From an uncultured Pseudomonadota bacterium (GTDB taxonomy: Bacteria > Pseudomonadota > Alphaproteobacteria > RF32 > CAG-239), in the NCBI GenBank assembly GCA_949295915.1, contig CASFNB010000007.1, positions 47,416 to 111,415 of the forward strand: a DNA stretch of 64,000 nt. The letters run 5' to 3'. Both the position numbers and the translations under genes were made by a program. The notes beneath the pieces are model-generated. The model was not told where the DNA came from. It was given only the letters and a program-made list of their open reading frames with translations, and made no database searches. This document shows positions 26,541-37,846 of this stretch, one piece after another (positions within the stretch are counted from its first letter, which is position 1; each line of letters starts with the position of its first letter).

Positions 26541-29009
26541 ATGAAATTGACAAAAAGTAATTCTGTGATTATCAACGAAATTGATAAAGCTCGCTTAAAA
26601 CTTTCCATTGAGCATTATATTAAATATTTTATCGGTAAAAGAACCAGTGAAATCAACAAAGATGAGGCGCTGAACGCAATTGCATTGGCTGTCAGAGAAT
26701 TTGCCATGGATAAAATGTATGAAACCATGGCTCGCTATAATAAGGTTAACACTAAAAGAATCTATTATCTTTCAGTTGAATATCTTATCGGTCGCTCTTT
26801 GGAAAATAATCTACATAACTTGGGTTTATATCACATTATGCAAGATATTAAAATCGATGGCATGCCCGATTTCAGCTTGCAAGAAATTTTTGATACCGAA
26901 TATGATCCCGCACTCGGAAACGGCGGTCTCGGTCGTTTGGCTGCTTGTTATTTGGATTCAATGGCTTCACTCGGAATTCCCGGGTTCGGTTATGGTATTA
27001 ACTACCAATTTGGCTTGTTCAAACAAAAATTTGAAAACGGTTATCAAGTAGAGCAAGCAGACAGCTGGCTTGGGGAAGACTCTCCTTGGCAGTTTGCTCG
27101 TCCGGACAGAACCGTTAAAATTCCAATCAAAGGACAAGTCGAAGTTATTGATGATGGAACCGGACATAAAAACTTTATTTGGATGAACACACAAAATATT
27201 TACGGTGTTCCGTATGACTTTCCGATTGTCGGATACAATGGTAAATCGGTCAACTATTTGCGCTTGTTCTCAGCAAAAACCGACGATGAACTCGACATCA
27301 ACATCTTTAACGAAGGTGGTTATATTGACGCCGTTAAAGACAAAATTGCTACCGAAACCATTTCTAAAGTTTTGTATCCTTCCGATGCTGTCGAATCTGG
27401 TAAGAAACTGCGCTTAACTCAACAATACTTCTTTGTTTCTTGCGCCATGCAAGATATTATCCGTCGTTTCTTGGAAAAGAGTAATGACTTCCAAAAATTG
27501 CCCGATATGGTGTGCATTCAATTAAACGACACACACCCGGCCATCGCCATTGCCGAAATGATGCGATTGCTTGTAGATATTCACGGTCAAGAATGGGATA
27601 CCGCTTGGGATATTGTTACTCGTACATTTGCTTATACCAACCATACCTTATTACCAGAAGCTCTGGAAACGTGGCCGGCACGAATTTTCCAAGAACTTTT
27701 GCCCAGACACCTGCAAATCATTTATGAGATTAACCGTCGTTTTATGGATTTTGCGCGTGAAAAATTCGGTGATAACTCTGAAAAACTTGCCAAAGTTTCT
27801 ATTGTTTCCGGTGAAGGTAATAATCAAATTATTCGTATGGCCAACCTCTCCATTGTTGGTTCTTTCTCCGTCAACGGGGTGGCTCAAATCCATTCAAATT
27901 TGATTAAGACAAAACTTGTTCCTGAGTTTTACGAACTCTGGCCTGAAAAATTCTGCAATGTAACCAACGGTATTACTCCTCGTCGTTGGCTCTTGCATGC
28001 CAATACCGCTTTGGCTGACCTTATATCGTCTAAAATCGGTCTTGATTGGGTTACGCAACTTGCCGATTTGAAAAAAATTCAAGACTTTGCCAACGACACA
28101 AAATTTGTAACTAAATTTTCTGAAATTAAAAAAGCTAACAAAGAAAAATTGGCAAAAATTATCTTTAGAACAACCGGTGTTATGGTTAATCCCGAAAGTA
28201 TGTTCATTGTTCACGCTAAACGTATTCATGAATACAAACGTCAACTCATGACCATTTTGCAGGTTATCGGAGAATATTTGGCCATCATTAAAGATAACTA
28301 CAAACCCAAACATGCAAAAACTTATATTTTTGCCGGAAAAGCCGCTCCATCATACAACTTTGCCAAACTCATTATCAAACTCATCAACAATGTGGCTGAT
28401 GTTATCAATAATGATCCTCAAGTTAAAGATATGATTAAAGTCGTCTTTATCCCCGATTATAAAGTTTCTCTTGCCGAATCTTTAATGCCTGCCGCAGACT
28501 TGAGCGTTCAATCCTCTACCGCTGGTTTTGAGGCCAGCGGCACCGGAAACATGAAGTTTGCCCTAAACGGAGCCTTAACTATCGGTACACTTGATGGTGC
28601 CAATATCGAAATACGTCAAAACGTCGGAGATGAGAATTTCTACCTCTTTGGTTTGACTGAAGAAGAAATCCAGCGGCAAAGAGCAACTTATAATCCCCGT
28701 TCTTTGTATGATAACAACAATTATATCAAACGTATTTTGAATGCAATCAATTCAAATATGTTCTGCGAAAAAGATTTCCTCCTGCTCTTTAAGCCGATTT
28801 TTGAAGAATTGGTCAATAGGGACTACTTCTTTGTTTTGGCTGATTTACCTTCTTTTGATGAAACAATTAAAAAAGCAGAAACCGATTTTCAAGACAAAAA
28901 GAAATGGGCTAAAAAAGCCATTATCAATGTTGCTAACATGGGATATTTCACCAGCGACCGTGCTGTGGAAGAATATGCTAAAAACATTTGGCATATTAAA
29001 CCCTGTTAA
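26541..29009 (+). CDS. glgP: glycogen/maltodextrin phosphorylase
   Basis: GLGNGGLGRLAACYLDS, EASGTGNMKFALNGALTIGTLDGANIEI (PLP-Lys motif). The start is placed at the ATG at 26541 after GGGAGG. Confidence 0.93.
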   Translation: MKLTKSNSVIINEIDKARLKLSIEHYIKYFIGKRTSEINKDEALNAIALAVREFAMDKMYETMARYNKVNTKRIYYLSVEYLIGRSLENNLHNLGLYHIMQDIKIDGMPDFSLQEIFDTEYDPALGNGGLGRLAACYLDSMASLGIPGFGYGINYQFGLFKQKFENGYQVEQADSWLGEDSPWQFARPDRTVKIPIKGQVEVIDDGTGHKNFIWMNTQNIYGVPYDFPIVGYNGKSVNYLRLFSAKTDDELDINIFNEGGYIDAVKDKIATETISKVLYPSDAVESGKKLRLTQQYFFVSCAMQDIIRRFLEKSNDFQKLPDMVCIQLNDTHPAIAIAEMMRLLVDIHGQEWDTAWDIVTRTFAYTNHTLLPEALETWPARIFQELLPRHLQIIYEINRRFMDFAREKFGDNSEKLAKVSIVSGEGNNQIIRMANLSIVGSFSVNGVAQIHSNLIKTKLVPEFYELWPEKFCNVTNGITPRRWLLHANTALADLISSKIGLDWVTQLADLKKIQDFANDTKFVTKFSEIKKANKEKLAKIIFRTTGVMVNPESMFIVHAKRIHEYKRQLMTILQVIGEYLAIIKDNYKPKHAKTYIFAGKAAPSYNFAKLIIKLINNVADVINNDPQVKDMIKVVFIPDYKVSLAESLMPAADLSVQSSTAGFEASGTGNMKFALNGALTIGTLDGANIEIRQNVGDENFYLFGLTEEEIQRQRATYNPRSLYDNNNYIKRILNAINSNMFCEKDFLLLFKPIFEELVNRDYFFVLADLPSFDETIKKAETDFQDKKKWAKKAIINVANMGYFTSDRAVEEYAKNIWHIKPC

Positions 29010-29030
29010 GTTTTATTAACTTTCATAAAA

Positions 29031-29064
29031 ATAAACGCCTCTGAATTCAGAGGCGTTTATTTTT
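29031..29064. terminator. bidirectional terminator between glgP and the 594-aa ORF
   Basis: AAACGCCTCTG-aatt-CAGAGGCGTTT, a perfect 11-bp stem with A/T flanks. Confidence 0.65.
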
Positions 29065-30849
29065 TTATTCTCTACCGTCTCTTTGCGGAAGCGGCATTGC
29101 GTTATGCTCTTTAAGAGCAATCTCTCTTCCCTCTTTTAAGCGGTTTCTCATGTTTCTTTCAGCTTCTTCTACATTATAATATGTAAGCTTATCCATCTGC
29201 GGAAGTGTTAAATTACTAAAACCTTCATAGCCGACTTTTGATTTAATGGAGAAGATGCTTTTTTGAATTTTTTGATACTCTCGATTCAAAACCTCTTTTA
29301 CATCTTTTGATGACGTTACGCCATCAAGTTTTTTGCGTAAGTTTTTGTGCGTCAGATATAAATTTTTATTATATGATTCCAAATACATTTTCTGTAATTG
29401 TTCATCACTCATTTCTTTCATATTCGGATCTTTGATATATTGCGCCAATAAATCTACATACGCCATTCCCGAGGCCATTTCCATTGCGGCGTTGGTTCCT
29501 TGTCCTTTATCTTTTAGCTCATACAAATCCATTGGAACATCACTCTTATCCGGATATATTTTACCCTGTACATTCTTCTCAAAAAAATTATTAAAGCGCT
29601 TATATTTTTCTTCACTGTTTTCTACGGCAATTTGAATCTTTAACGTCTTAATCATTTTTATATATGGATTATTGGCGCTTTTATCATTTTGCCACATCTC
29701 AATCAAATCGTCTTCCAATTGTTCAGCCCAGCGCTCATAAAATTCCGCACGCTTGGCAGGATCGTCATTGTTTTCTTTGACCAATTTTATCAGGGCATTA
29801 AAGTCTTTTTCTTTTAGCTTTACACCTGTTGGAACTATCATTTTTTTGATACATGAATTCAAAAATTTTCCTCTAAATGCTGCCGCTGCATTAAAACGCA
29901 TATGCGTACATTTGCAAGCGGCAGCTACGGCAACCGATTCATCCATAGCCCAATCCGGTGCATCTCCGTATTTCGGCGTCAATATCGAGACATTAAGATG
30001 GGGCTTGCCATCAATAGTATCTATGGTTGCTTTTAATCCGGCATCAAAATTCGGTGTCACCTTTCCGCTTTTATCTACTTTAGGACCTTCCCTTTTTTGA
30101 TCAGCATCCTTGTACCACATTAACTTATAACCATTACCGATATTTACTTTTCGATAATTATTGGATTTGTCTTTTTGCGTGGCTTTCACATGACCGGCAA
30201 TGTACTTTTCAATATCTTCTTTTGAGGGGTGTATTTCTTCTTTTTTATTATCTTCTTTATTTGTTGTATAAATATTTTTTCTGATTTGCTTTGCCATATC
30301 GCGACGTGCTTTTAATGCTTCTTCGTCACTTAATCCCGTTGTATCCGGCATTGTTACCGGCGCTTCATTTGCATTGGCCGCGGTTGGGTACGGATGTGGC
30401 TGTTCATGGGCTTGTGCAAATCTCGTTTCATAGCCCCCGTCTTCATTCTTTAGTTCTTTTTCGGCTTCTTTGGCTGCTTGTTCAAAGGCGGCATCTCTTT
30501 CGTTCGGATCAAAACTCAAGCCGGATATTCCAAGTTGAGATAAATAAGCATAAACATTTTTGAGCTCATCTTTGCTTAAGCCGAATTTGCTAAAGGTAAT
30601 ATTTCCATGTTCAATGCGAAAATCCACACCATATGGCAAATGGATATTATAACCCTCTTTTCCGTTCTCTTGCGTTTTTTCATAAGTTAATTTATAGTCC
30701 GGATTCCAACCTTCGGAATATTCTTGCAAACGCTCACCCAGAAGCTCCATTTGTTCTTCTGCCGTTAACGGTTGCGGATTTTCTTCCGGCAACACGGAAC
30801 TGTCGGGTTTTATTTGTTGAAATAAGAATTTATTACCATTATATGCCAT
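29065..30849 (-). CDS. large hypothetical protein, no recognisable domain and no signal peptide
   Basis: A 594-aa uninterrupted ORF with host-like composition, rich in K/E/N. I recognise no motif. Confidence 0.55.
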   Translation of the reverse strand: MAYNGNKFLFQQIKPDSSVLPEENPQPLTAEEQMELLGERLQEYSEGWNPDYKLTYEKTQENGKEGYNIHLPYGVDFRIEHGNITFSKFGLSKDELKNVYAYLSQLGISGLSFDPNERDAAFEQAAKEAEKELKNEDGGYETRFAQAHEQPHPYPTAANANEAPVTMPDTTGLSDEEALKARRDMAKQIRKNIYTTNKEDNKKEEIHPSKEDIEKYIAGHVKATQKDKSNNYRKVNIGNGYKLMWYKDADQKREGPKVDKSGKVTPNFDAGLKATIDTIDGKPHLNVSILTPKYGDAPDWAMDESVAVAAACKCTHMRFNAAAAFRGKFLNSCIKKMIVPTGVKLKEKDFNALIKLVKENNDDPAKRAEFYERWAEQLEDDLIEMWQNDKSANNPYIKMIKTLKIQIAVENSEEKYKRFNNFFEKNVQGKIYPDKSDVPMDLYELKDKGQGTNAAMEMASGMAYVDLLAQYIKDPNMKEMSDEQLQKMYLESYNKNLYLTHKNLRKKLDGVTSSKDVKEVLNREYQKIQKSIFSIKSKVGYEGFSNLTLPQMDKLTYYNVEEAERNMRNRLKEGREIALKEHNAMPLPQRDGRE

Positions 30850-30932
30850 AATTAAGCCTCGTACTTTATTATTATTTTAAGTACATCATAGCACATTTTG
30901 AAATAAAAACAACATTTTTTGACAAAAAAATA

Positions 30933-31343
30933 TTAATATGTCATTCGACCTAAATTTCTATACACAGCCATATTTATTGCATTTTCTTTATTTTTTGATT
31001 TGTAAGAGGTGTTTTTCTTTTGTCCATTTTCTTCAACCACTCTGACCTGAGATAAATTTTTACCATTCAAATCTTTTAAGCGCTTATAATTTCCCATTTT
31101 ATCTTGATAATAGCCCTGTGCATTGCCGTTTGCAAATTTTAGCGTCAAACTCTTACCATGATGATGAACTTCCTCTATATCAACACTTTCCGGAAAACGC
31201 TCAATAATACGCATACTTTCTCCGCCGTTAATATATTGCAAAAGAATATTATCACCACCCTTTTCTTTATGCCATTCTACACTATTTTCTATTAATTCTA
31301 CATTCAGACACCCGTCTTGATCCAATTCATTATTTATTTTCAT
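30933..31343 (-). CDS. hypothetical protein
   Basis: A 136-aa ORF between the pgk terminator and the 594-aa ORF. No recognisable motif. Confidence 0.45.
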   Translation of the reverse strand: MKINNELDQDGCLNVELIENSVEWHKEKGGDNILLQYINGGESMRIIERFPESVDIEEVHHHGKSLTLKFANGNAQGYYQDKMGNYKRLKDLNGKNLSQVRVVEENGQKKNTSYKSKNKENAINMAVYRNLGRMTY

Positions 31344-31365
31344 TTTTTTCCTTCCTTAATAACGA

Positions 31366-31392
31366 CAAAGCCCACCAAAAGGCGGGCTTTAT
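31366..31392 (-). terminator. intrinsic terminator after pgk
   Basis: The minus strand reads AAAGCCCGCC-tttt-GGTGGGCTTTG; the stem has one mismatch. Confidence 0.5.
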
Positions 31393-31403
31393 CTTAAGCT
31401 TGT

Positions 31404-32615
31404 TTATTTTTTTAAAACAACTACTCCGGGGAGTTCTTTACCTTCCATCCATTCAAGAAAAGCACCGCCCGCGGTTGATATGTAGCTGAATTTCTTTTCA
31501 ACTCCGGCATTTGCCAAAGCAGAAACCGTATCACCACCTCCGGCAACGGTTAATAATTTACCGGCTTGAGTTAATTCGGCCGCATGAGCTGCAACCTCGT
31601 TGGTTGCCGTATCAAACGGTTTCAATTCAAACACACCCAAAGGTCCGTTCCAAACTAAAGTTTTGCATTCATCCAATTTGGCATTGATAGAAGCAATGGT
31701 TTTGGCGCCGACATCCATCAAAATCCAACCTTCGGCCGGAATATGCTCCAAATCAACGGTTTTGTGTTCAGCTTCGGCTTTAAACTCTTTAGAAACAACA
31801 ACGTCCTTGGGTAAAATGATTTCGCAACCGTTTGCTTTGGCTGTTGCCATAATTTCTTTTGCGGTTTCAATCATATCCATTTGAACAAGAGAGTTTGCTT
31901 CATTAACGGTATCAACACCGCTGGCTTTCATAAAGGTATGAGCCATACCGCCGGAGATGACCAATTTATCAACTTTTTTAACCAAGTTGTTCAAAAGGTC
32001 TAACTTGGTAGAAACTTTAGAACCGCCGACAATAGCCATTAACGGACGTTCCGGATTATTCAAGCCTTTAGACAAAGCATTAACTTCTTCTTCCATCAAC
32101 AAGCCAAAAGCAGCCGGCTTTTCTTTAGCAGCGGCAACCATAGAAGCATGAGCACGGTGCGCGGTTGAGAAAGCGTCAGATACATAAGCATCGGCAACTT
32201 TAACCAACTCTTTGGCAAAAGCTTCATCGCCTTTTTTCTCTTCATTATAGAAACGGAGGTTTTCAAGCAACAAAACTTCATCTTGTTTCATGTTTTTAAC
32301 AGCTTGTTCAACTTTTTCACCAATGCAGTCATCAACAAAAACAACATGTTTCCCCAAAGATTTTTCCAAATCGGCAACGATATGACTCAAAGAGTTGCGC
32401 ATGTCTCCTTTGCCTTCCGGACGACCAAAGTGCGAAATTACGACAACTTTGGCACCTTTTTCCATCAACAATTTGATGGTCGGAACCGTGCGGTCAATAC
32501 GTGCGGTATTGGTAACTTTCAAATTTTCATCAACCGGAACGTTCAAGTCGGCGCGAAGCATAACGACTTTACCGTTCAAATCACCCAAATCTTTAATTGT
32601 TTTATATTCGGTCAT
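31404..32615 (-). CDS. pgk: phosphoglycerate kinase
   Basis: MTEYKTIKDLGDLNGKVVMLRADLNVP (start at the ATG at 32615), SHFGRP, and GGGDT...STAGGAFLE. Confidence 0.95.
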   Translation of the reverse strand: MTEYKTIKDLGDLNGKVVMLRADLNVPVDENLKVTNTARIDRTVPTIKLLMEKGAKVVVISHFGRPEGKGDMRNSLSHIVADLEKSLGKHVVFVDDCIGEKVEQAVKNMKQDEVLLLENLRFYNEEKKGDEAFAKELVKVADAYVSDAFSTAHRAHASMVAAAKEKPAAFGLLMEEEVNALSKGLNNPERPLMAIVGGSKVSTKLDLLNNLVKKVDKLVISGGMAHTFMKASGVDTVNEANSLVQMDMIETAKEIMATAKANGCEIILPKDVVVSKEFKAEAEHKTVDLEHIPAEGWILMDVGAKTIASINAKLDECKTLVWNGPLGVFELKPFDTATNEVAAHAAELTQAGKLLTVAGGGDTVSALANAGVEKKFSYISTAGGAFLEWMEGKELPGVVVLKK

Positions 32616-32712
32616 AATTATTTTCCTATAAAAAAAGCAAAATCCCCGCCCCGAGTTTTTTTCAAAATGCACAAAACATTTTCTCCTCGGAAGGGCGGGG
32701 AAATTTTAAGTA

Positions 32713-33735
<1,023 letters not shown>

Positions 33736-33948
33736 TTAATTTATTATGCGGACAGCCCCGCACTGGCTTTTATCTAAATTTTATCGTCGTTAATGTATCA
33801 TTAATTCTTTTTTTTTCAAGTCAAATCTTGTTTCATTGACAACTTATCGTTTTTTTTAGAAAAAAGCTCTTGACTTTTTGTCCATTAATGATATTTCTTG
33901 CTCAGATTTGATATTAAAGAGATATTATTAACCTAAAAAAAATTTATT

Positions 33949-34326
33949 ATGAAAAATTTTAATTCTTTAAATTTAAAATGTGAAGGGCGTTCACCACAGG
34001 CTACTGCTGAGTATATCACCAAGAGATGCGAGCATCCGGTTCGTCATGAAAAGGTGTTTGCCGGTATGCTGGTTGCCGCTCTGAAAAAAATTGCAGCAAC
34101 GGCTAACGAGAAAAATCGGTGCTATCTTTACAATCAGAAACGTAAAGATTGGTCGGCCGGAACACAAAAAGCCTTTGAAAAGGCAGATAAAATCTATGAA
34201 GAACTCTATGGGGAGAGTGCTCTTCGCGTTTACAAATTCCGCGGAGAGGAAAATGTCAACTATTACCTCGTTGAAGGTAATCAGTTGTCAGAAGCGTTTG
34301 AAATTTTGTTCATCGAAGAGCTTTAG
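33949..34326 (+). CDS. hypothetical protein
   Basis: A 125-aa ORF with a downstream hairpin. No recognisable motif. Confidence 0.4.
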   Translation: MKNFNSLNLKCEGRSPQATAEYITKRCEHPVRHEKVFAGMLVAALKKIAATANEKNRCYLYNQKRKDWSAGTQKAFEKADKIYEELYGESALRVYKFRGEENVNYYLVEGNQLSEAFEILFIEEL

Positions 34327-34381
34327 AGAGGCTCTTCTGATTAAAGAAAAAGCGAGGTTTTTACAAACCCCGCTTTTTTAT

Positions 34382-34912
34382 TTACCATTTTTCCCAGTGA
34401 ATGGCGCTTTCATTATACCTGCCCTCCGGCTGTTTCGGCTCTTCCGCAGGATATCCCAAAACCACAATCGAAAACGGTTTGATATTTTCCGGTAATTTGA
34501 AATATTCTTTCAAACTTGCCATCGGTCCCGTCATCGGCGAAGCCCCGCACCAGCATCCGCCCAAACCTTTGGCATGTGCGGCAAGAAGCAAATTCTCCGT
34601 TGCGGCAGAACAATCAATATCCACATAGCTCCAACCTTCTTTTTCGCGGCTGAATGATTTATCCGTATTTCCGCAGACCAAAATTACCGCCGTGGCAGAT
34701 TCTGCAAATAAGGCCGAGCGCTGAATATGGCGAAACTGTTTCAAAACTTCCGGATTTTCAATGACCAAAAACTCCCATGGCTGGGTATTGTGTGCTGACG
34801 GAGCGTATTGTGCCGCTTTTATCAACTCTTTTATGGTTTCTTTAGAAATTTTTTTAGAAGTATCAAACTTGCGTACCGAGCGTCTGGTTAACAAACCTTC
34901 CATCATTTCCAT
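34382..34912 (-). CDS. nitroreductase-family protein
   Basis: LLTRRSVRKF...APSAHNTQPWEF...GLGGCW, typical of the NfnB/nitroreductase fold. Confidence 0.85.
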   Translation of the reverse strand: MEMMEGLLTRRSVRKFDTSKKISKETIKELIKAAQYAPSAHNTQPWEFLVIENPEVLKQFRHIQRSALFAESATAVILVCGNTDKSFSREKEGWSYVDIDCSAATENLLLAAHAKGLGGCWCGASPMTGPMASLKEYFKLPENIKPFSIVVLGYPAEEPKQPEGRYNESAIHWEKW

Positions 34913-34975
34913 CAGATTTCTCCTTAATTTGTTTTTTTAATGGTTTATTTTTGCATCATAAATTCTAATCTTTGG

Positions 34976-35578
34976 TTAATTAACCACTCGTGCGATACTT
35001 TCTATTCTCGGCAGGACTGAATTTTCAATTATAAAAGCGATTGCTTTTTCTGCCATTTTATCCGTATGCTCTAATGATTTTGAAACTTCATCCAAATCAC
35101 TGCGATTGGTTAATTTTTTTTCCAATGTGGCATAAACTCCCGCTAAATCACTGAGCGAATCTATAACTTCCGCCAAATATGCCGGAATTTTCAAATCTTG
35201 CTTGCCGCCCCAAAAGCCTTCAACATAGCCCCACTCTATTTGGTGATATCGGGCTTCACAATATGCTGCCAAATTATCTTTTTCTTTTTTTACAAAAGGC
35301 AACCCAATTTTATTTTCTTTGACTTCTTCAAAAATTTCATCCCATAAACCCATGAAAAATTTGAAAAATAAGTCGGCTTCTTCTTTGGTTTGCAACCTCG
35401 GCTCTTGTCCTTGTTGCCAAAATGAAGAAATGACATCTGACGGGCGCAATTCCAAATTGGGCGAGCATATTGCTCCGGCAAAACGCATTTTTATTACGTC
35501 TAACGGTGTTTCGCAATTATAATGTTCCAAAAGTTTTTTAAAACCTTCATCACCAATATATTTATTTTCACTTTTCAT
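34976..35578 (-). CDS. UPF0149/YecA-like hypothetical protein
   Basis: 200 aa. The MRFAGAICSPNLELRPSDVISSFW region resembles the YgfB/UPF0149 pattern. Assigned by eye only. Confidence 0.4.
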   Translation of the reverse strand: MKSENKYIGDEGFKKLLEHYNCETPLDVIKMRFAGAICSPNLELRPSDVISSFWQQGQEPRLQTKEEADLFFKFFMGLWDEIFEEVKENKIGLPFVKKEKDNLAAYCEARYHQIEWGYVEGFWGGKQDLKIPAYLAEVIDSLSDLAGVYATLEKKLTNRSDLDEVSKSLEHTDKMAEKAIAFIIENSVLPRIESIARVVN

Positions 35579-35624
35579 TTTAATCTTCTTCGTTTATATA
35601 TAAAGCAAATTTAAGTGTAATTTA

Positions 35625-36011
35625 GTGGAGTTTTGGGAATTGTCCAGCAGAAATTTATTTTTTCTCGTGCTTTTGAGCTTGTTTATCAATGCCTGTTCTT
35701 TTACCGCACCCTTTGTTGATCGCAGACGCGAGGCCGGCGCTTCGACTGCAGATAAGCTTTATGTCGGCAAATCGACTCCCTCTCGCCCCGCAATCTGCTA
35801 TAACGCTCTCACAACCCCTTATGCCGATGTTTTAGCTTTGGCTAATCAAGAATGTATTAAGCAAAAAACGGGAACTTACGCCGTGCCCGAAAAACAAACT
35901 TCTTTTACTTGCCGTTTGTTTATTCCCAATCATTTTTATTTCAAATGTGCAGGAGCCGTTCCGCCAAAAGAAAAAGTGGTGGATATTCCTATCATGGATG
36001 AGAAGAAATAA
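35625..36011 (+). CDS. putative lipoprotein/exported protein, hypothetical
   Basis: GTG start. Hydrophobic leader ending LFINAC, an imperfect lipobox. Confidence 0.35.
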   Translation: MEFWELSSRNLFFLVLLSLFINACSFTAPFVDRRREAGASTADKLYVGKSTPSRPAICYNALTTPYADVLALANQECIKQKTGTYAVPEKQTSFTCRLFIPNHFYFKCAGAVPPKEKVVDIPIMDEKK

Positions 36012-36082
36012 TTTGGGTTGTATTTCTTGATTTTATTTTATAAATTAGGCTTCAATCAATTTGAAAATTTAGGAATTTTGTT

Positions 36083-37846
36083 ATGAATCTGTCTTTGGAA
36101 TATTTGATTAATCAAAAATTGGCTCATGTTTTTGATGTTTTGAATTTGGATAAAAAATTTGCCGTCGTTAAAGTTTCAGACCGTCCCGATTTAAGCGACT
36201 TTCAATGCAACGGTGCTTTGGCTCTGGCAAAGTCTGAGCGTAAAAATCCTCGCGAAATTGCTGCTTTAATTGTTGGTGAGCTTGAAAAAGATGCCGATTT
36301 TGCCAAAATTTCCATTGATGGTCCGGGCTTTATCAATCTTTCTTTAGCAGATAAGTTTCTTGCGCATAATATTGATGCCATTGCCGCCGATAAAAACTTT
36401 GGTTGCGCAAAAGTAGATAAACCGAATCGCGTGGTGATGGATTTTGGCGGTCCTAACGTTGCCAAAGCCTTGCACGTTGGTCACTTGCGTTCTGCCGTTG
36501 TCGGAGAATCCATCCGCCGAATCGAAAATTTTGTCGGCAACGAAACCGTTTCCGATGTTCACTTCGGCGATTGGGGTACGCCGATGGGTATGATTTTGTC
36601 AGAAATCATCCGTCAAGATGGTAACCTTGCAAAAGTTGAAACCTATGACATCAAACAAATTTCTGCTTTCTACAAACAAGCCAATATTCGTTGTAAAGAA
36701 GACGAATCGGCTAAAGAAGAAGCTCGGCTGATTACCACCAAAATTCAAGATAAAGAGCCCGAATTTTACAAAGCTTGGCAACATTTGCGCAAGGTTTCGG
36801 TTGATGACGTGAAGAAAAATTATGCTGAACTTGAGGCTCATTTTGACCTTTGGCTCGGCGAAAGCGATGCGCATGAAACTTGTAAAGAAGTTGTCAAAAT
36901 TGCTCAAGAACGTGGCATAGCGGAAGTTGATGACGGGGCTACAATCATCCGTCTTGATGAAACAAAAAGTCAACGCCCGCCGGTTATTCTCGTTAAAAGC
37001 GACGGCGGTTTCGGCTATCAACTCACCGATATTGCCACCATTAAAATGCGTTATGATGATCTCCACGCCGATGAAATTATCTATGTGGTGGATAAACGTC
37101 AATCCTTGCACTTTGAACAAGTTTTTGAAGTGGCCGAAAAACTTAACCTCGCACCGAATGTCAAATTTTTGCATATCGGCTTTGGTACCGTTAACGGGCC
37201 TGACGGCAAACCCTTCAAAACGCGTGACGGCGGCGTGATGAATTTGGAAGACCTTATCAAACTTTCTAAAGATAAAGTGCGCGAATCGCTCCCTCTCCCG
37301 AATGAAGTTGAAGGTTACGGCGAAAAGGAAATTGAAAAAATGGTCACCCAAATTGCCATGGCGGCTATCAAATTCCAAGACCTCAAAAATAATATTGCCT
37401 CGGGTTATATTTTTGAACTCGAAGATTTTGCTAAATTTGAAGGTAAAACCGGTCCATATATTCAATATGCCGTAGCACGCATTAACTCTATTATTCGTAA
37501 GGCCAATGCTGCCGGCATTAAAGAAGGAAATATCATAATTTCCAATCGCGAAGAAAAGGACTTGGCTCTCAAAATTTCTCAGCTCAGCAATACCATAATG
37601 CGTGCACATACCGAGCATGAACCGAGCATTATCTCTGATTATGTTTACACCTTGGCGCAAACATTCAGCACTTTCTATAATGCTTCTTCGATTATGAATG
37701 CCGAATCTGCTGAGCTCGCCTCCTCTCGTCTCAAAATGTCGCGTCTGGTCAGAGATATTTTGGTGCAACTGCTCTATCTCCTCGGCATTGAAGCTCCCGA
37801 AGTTATGCTCAAACGCGAACGCAGCGCGTTCGATCGCAACAACTGA
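36083..37846 (+). CDS. argS: arginyl-tRNA synthetase with a repeat-derived 12-aa C-terminal extension
   Basis: 587 aa. GPNVAKALHVGHLRS (HIGH) and an anticodon-binding C-terminal domain ending ...LLGIEAPEVM, followed by LKRERSAFDRNN, which is encoded by repeat sequence. Confidence 0.95.
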   Translation: MNLSLEYLINQKLAHVFDVLNLDKKFAVVKVSDRPDLSDFQCNGALALAKSERKNPREIAALIVGELEKDADFAKISIDGPGFINLSLADKFLAHNIDAIAADKNFGCAKVDKPNRVVMDFGGPNVAKALHVGHLRSAVVGESIRRIENFVGNETVSDVHFGDWGTPMGMILSEIIRQDGNLAKVETYDIKQISAFYKQANIRCKEDESAKEEARLITTKIQDKEPEFYKAWQHLRKVSVDDVKKNYAELEAHFDLWLGESDAHETCKEVVKIAQERGIAEVDDGATIIRLDETKSQRPPVILVKSDGGFGYQLTDIATIKMRYDDLHADEIIYVVDKRQSLHFEQVFEVAEKLNLAPNVKFLHIGFGTVNGPDGKPFKTRDGGVMNLEDLIKLSKDKVRESLPLPNEVEGYGEKEIEKMVTQIAMAAIKFQDLKNNIASGYIFELEDFAKFEGKTGPYIQYAVARINSIIRKANAAGIKEGNIIISNREEKDLALKISQLSNTIMRAHTEHEPSIISDYVYTLAQTFSTFYNASSIMNAESAELASSRLKMSRLVRDILVQLLYLLGIEAPEVMLKRERSAFDRNN

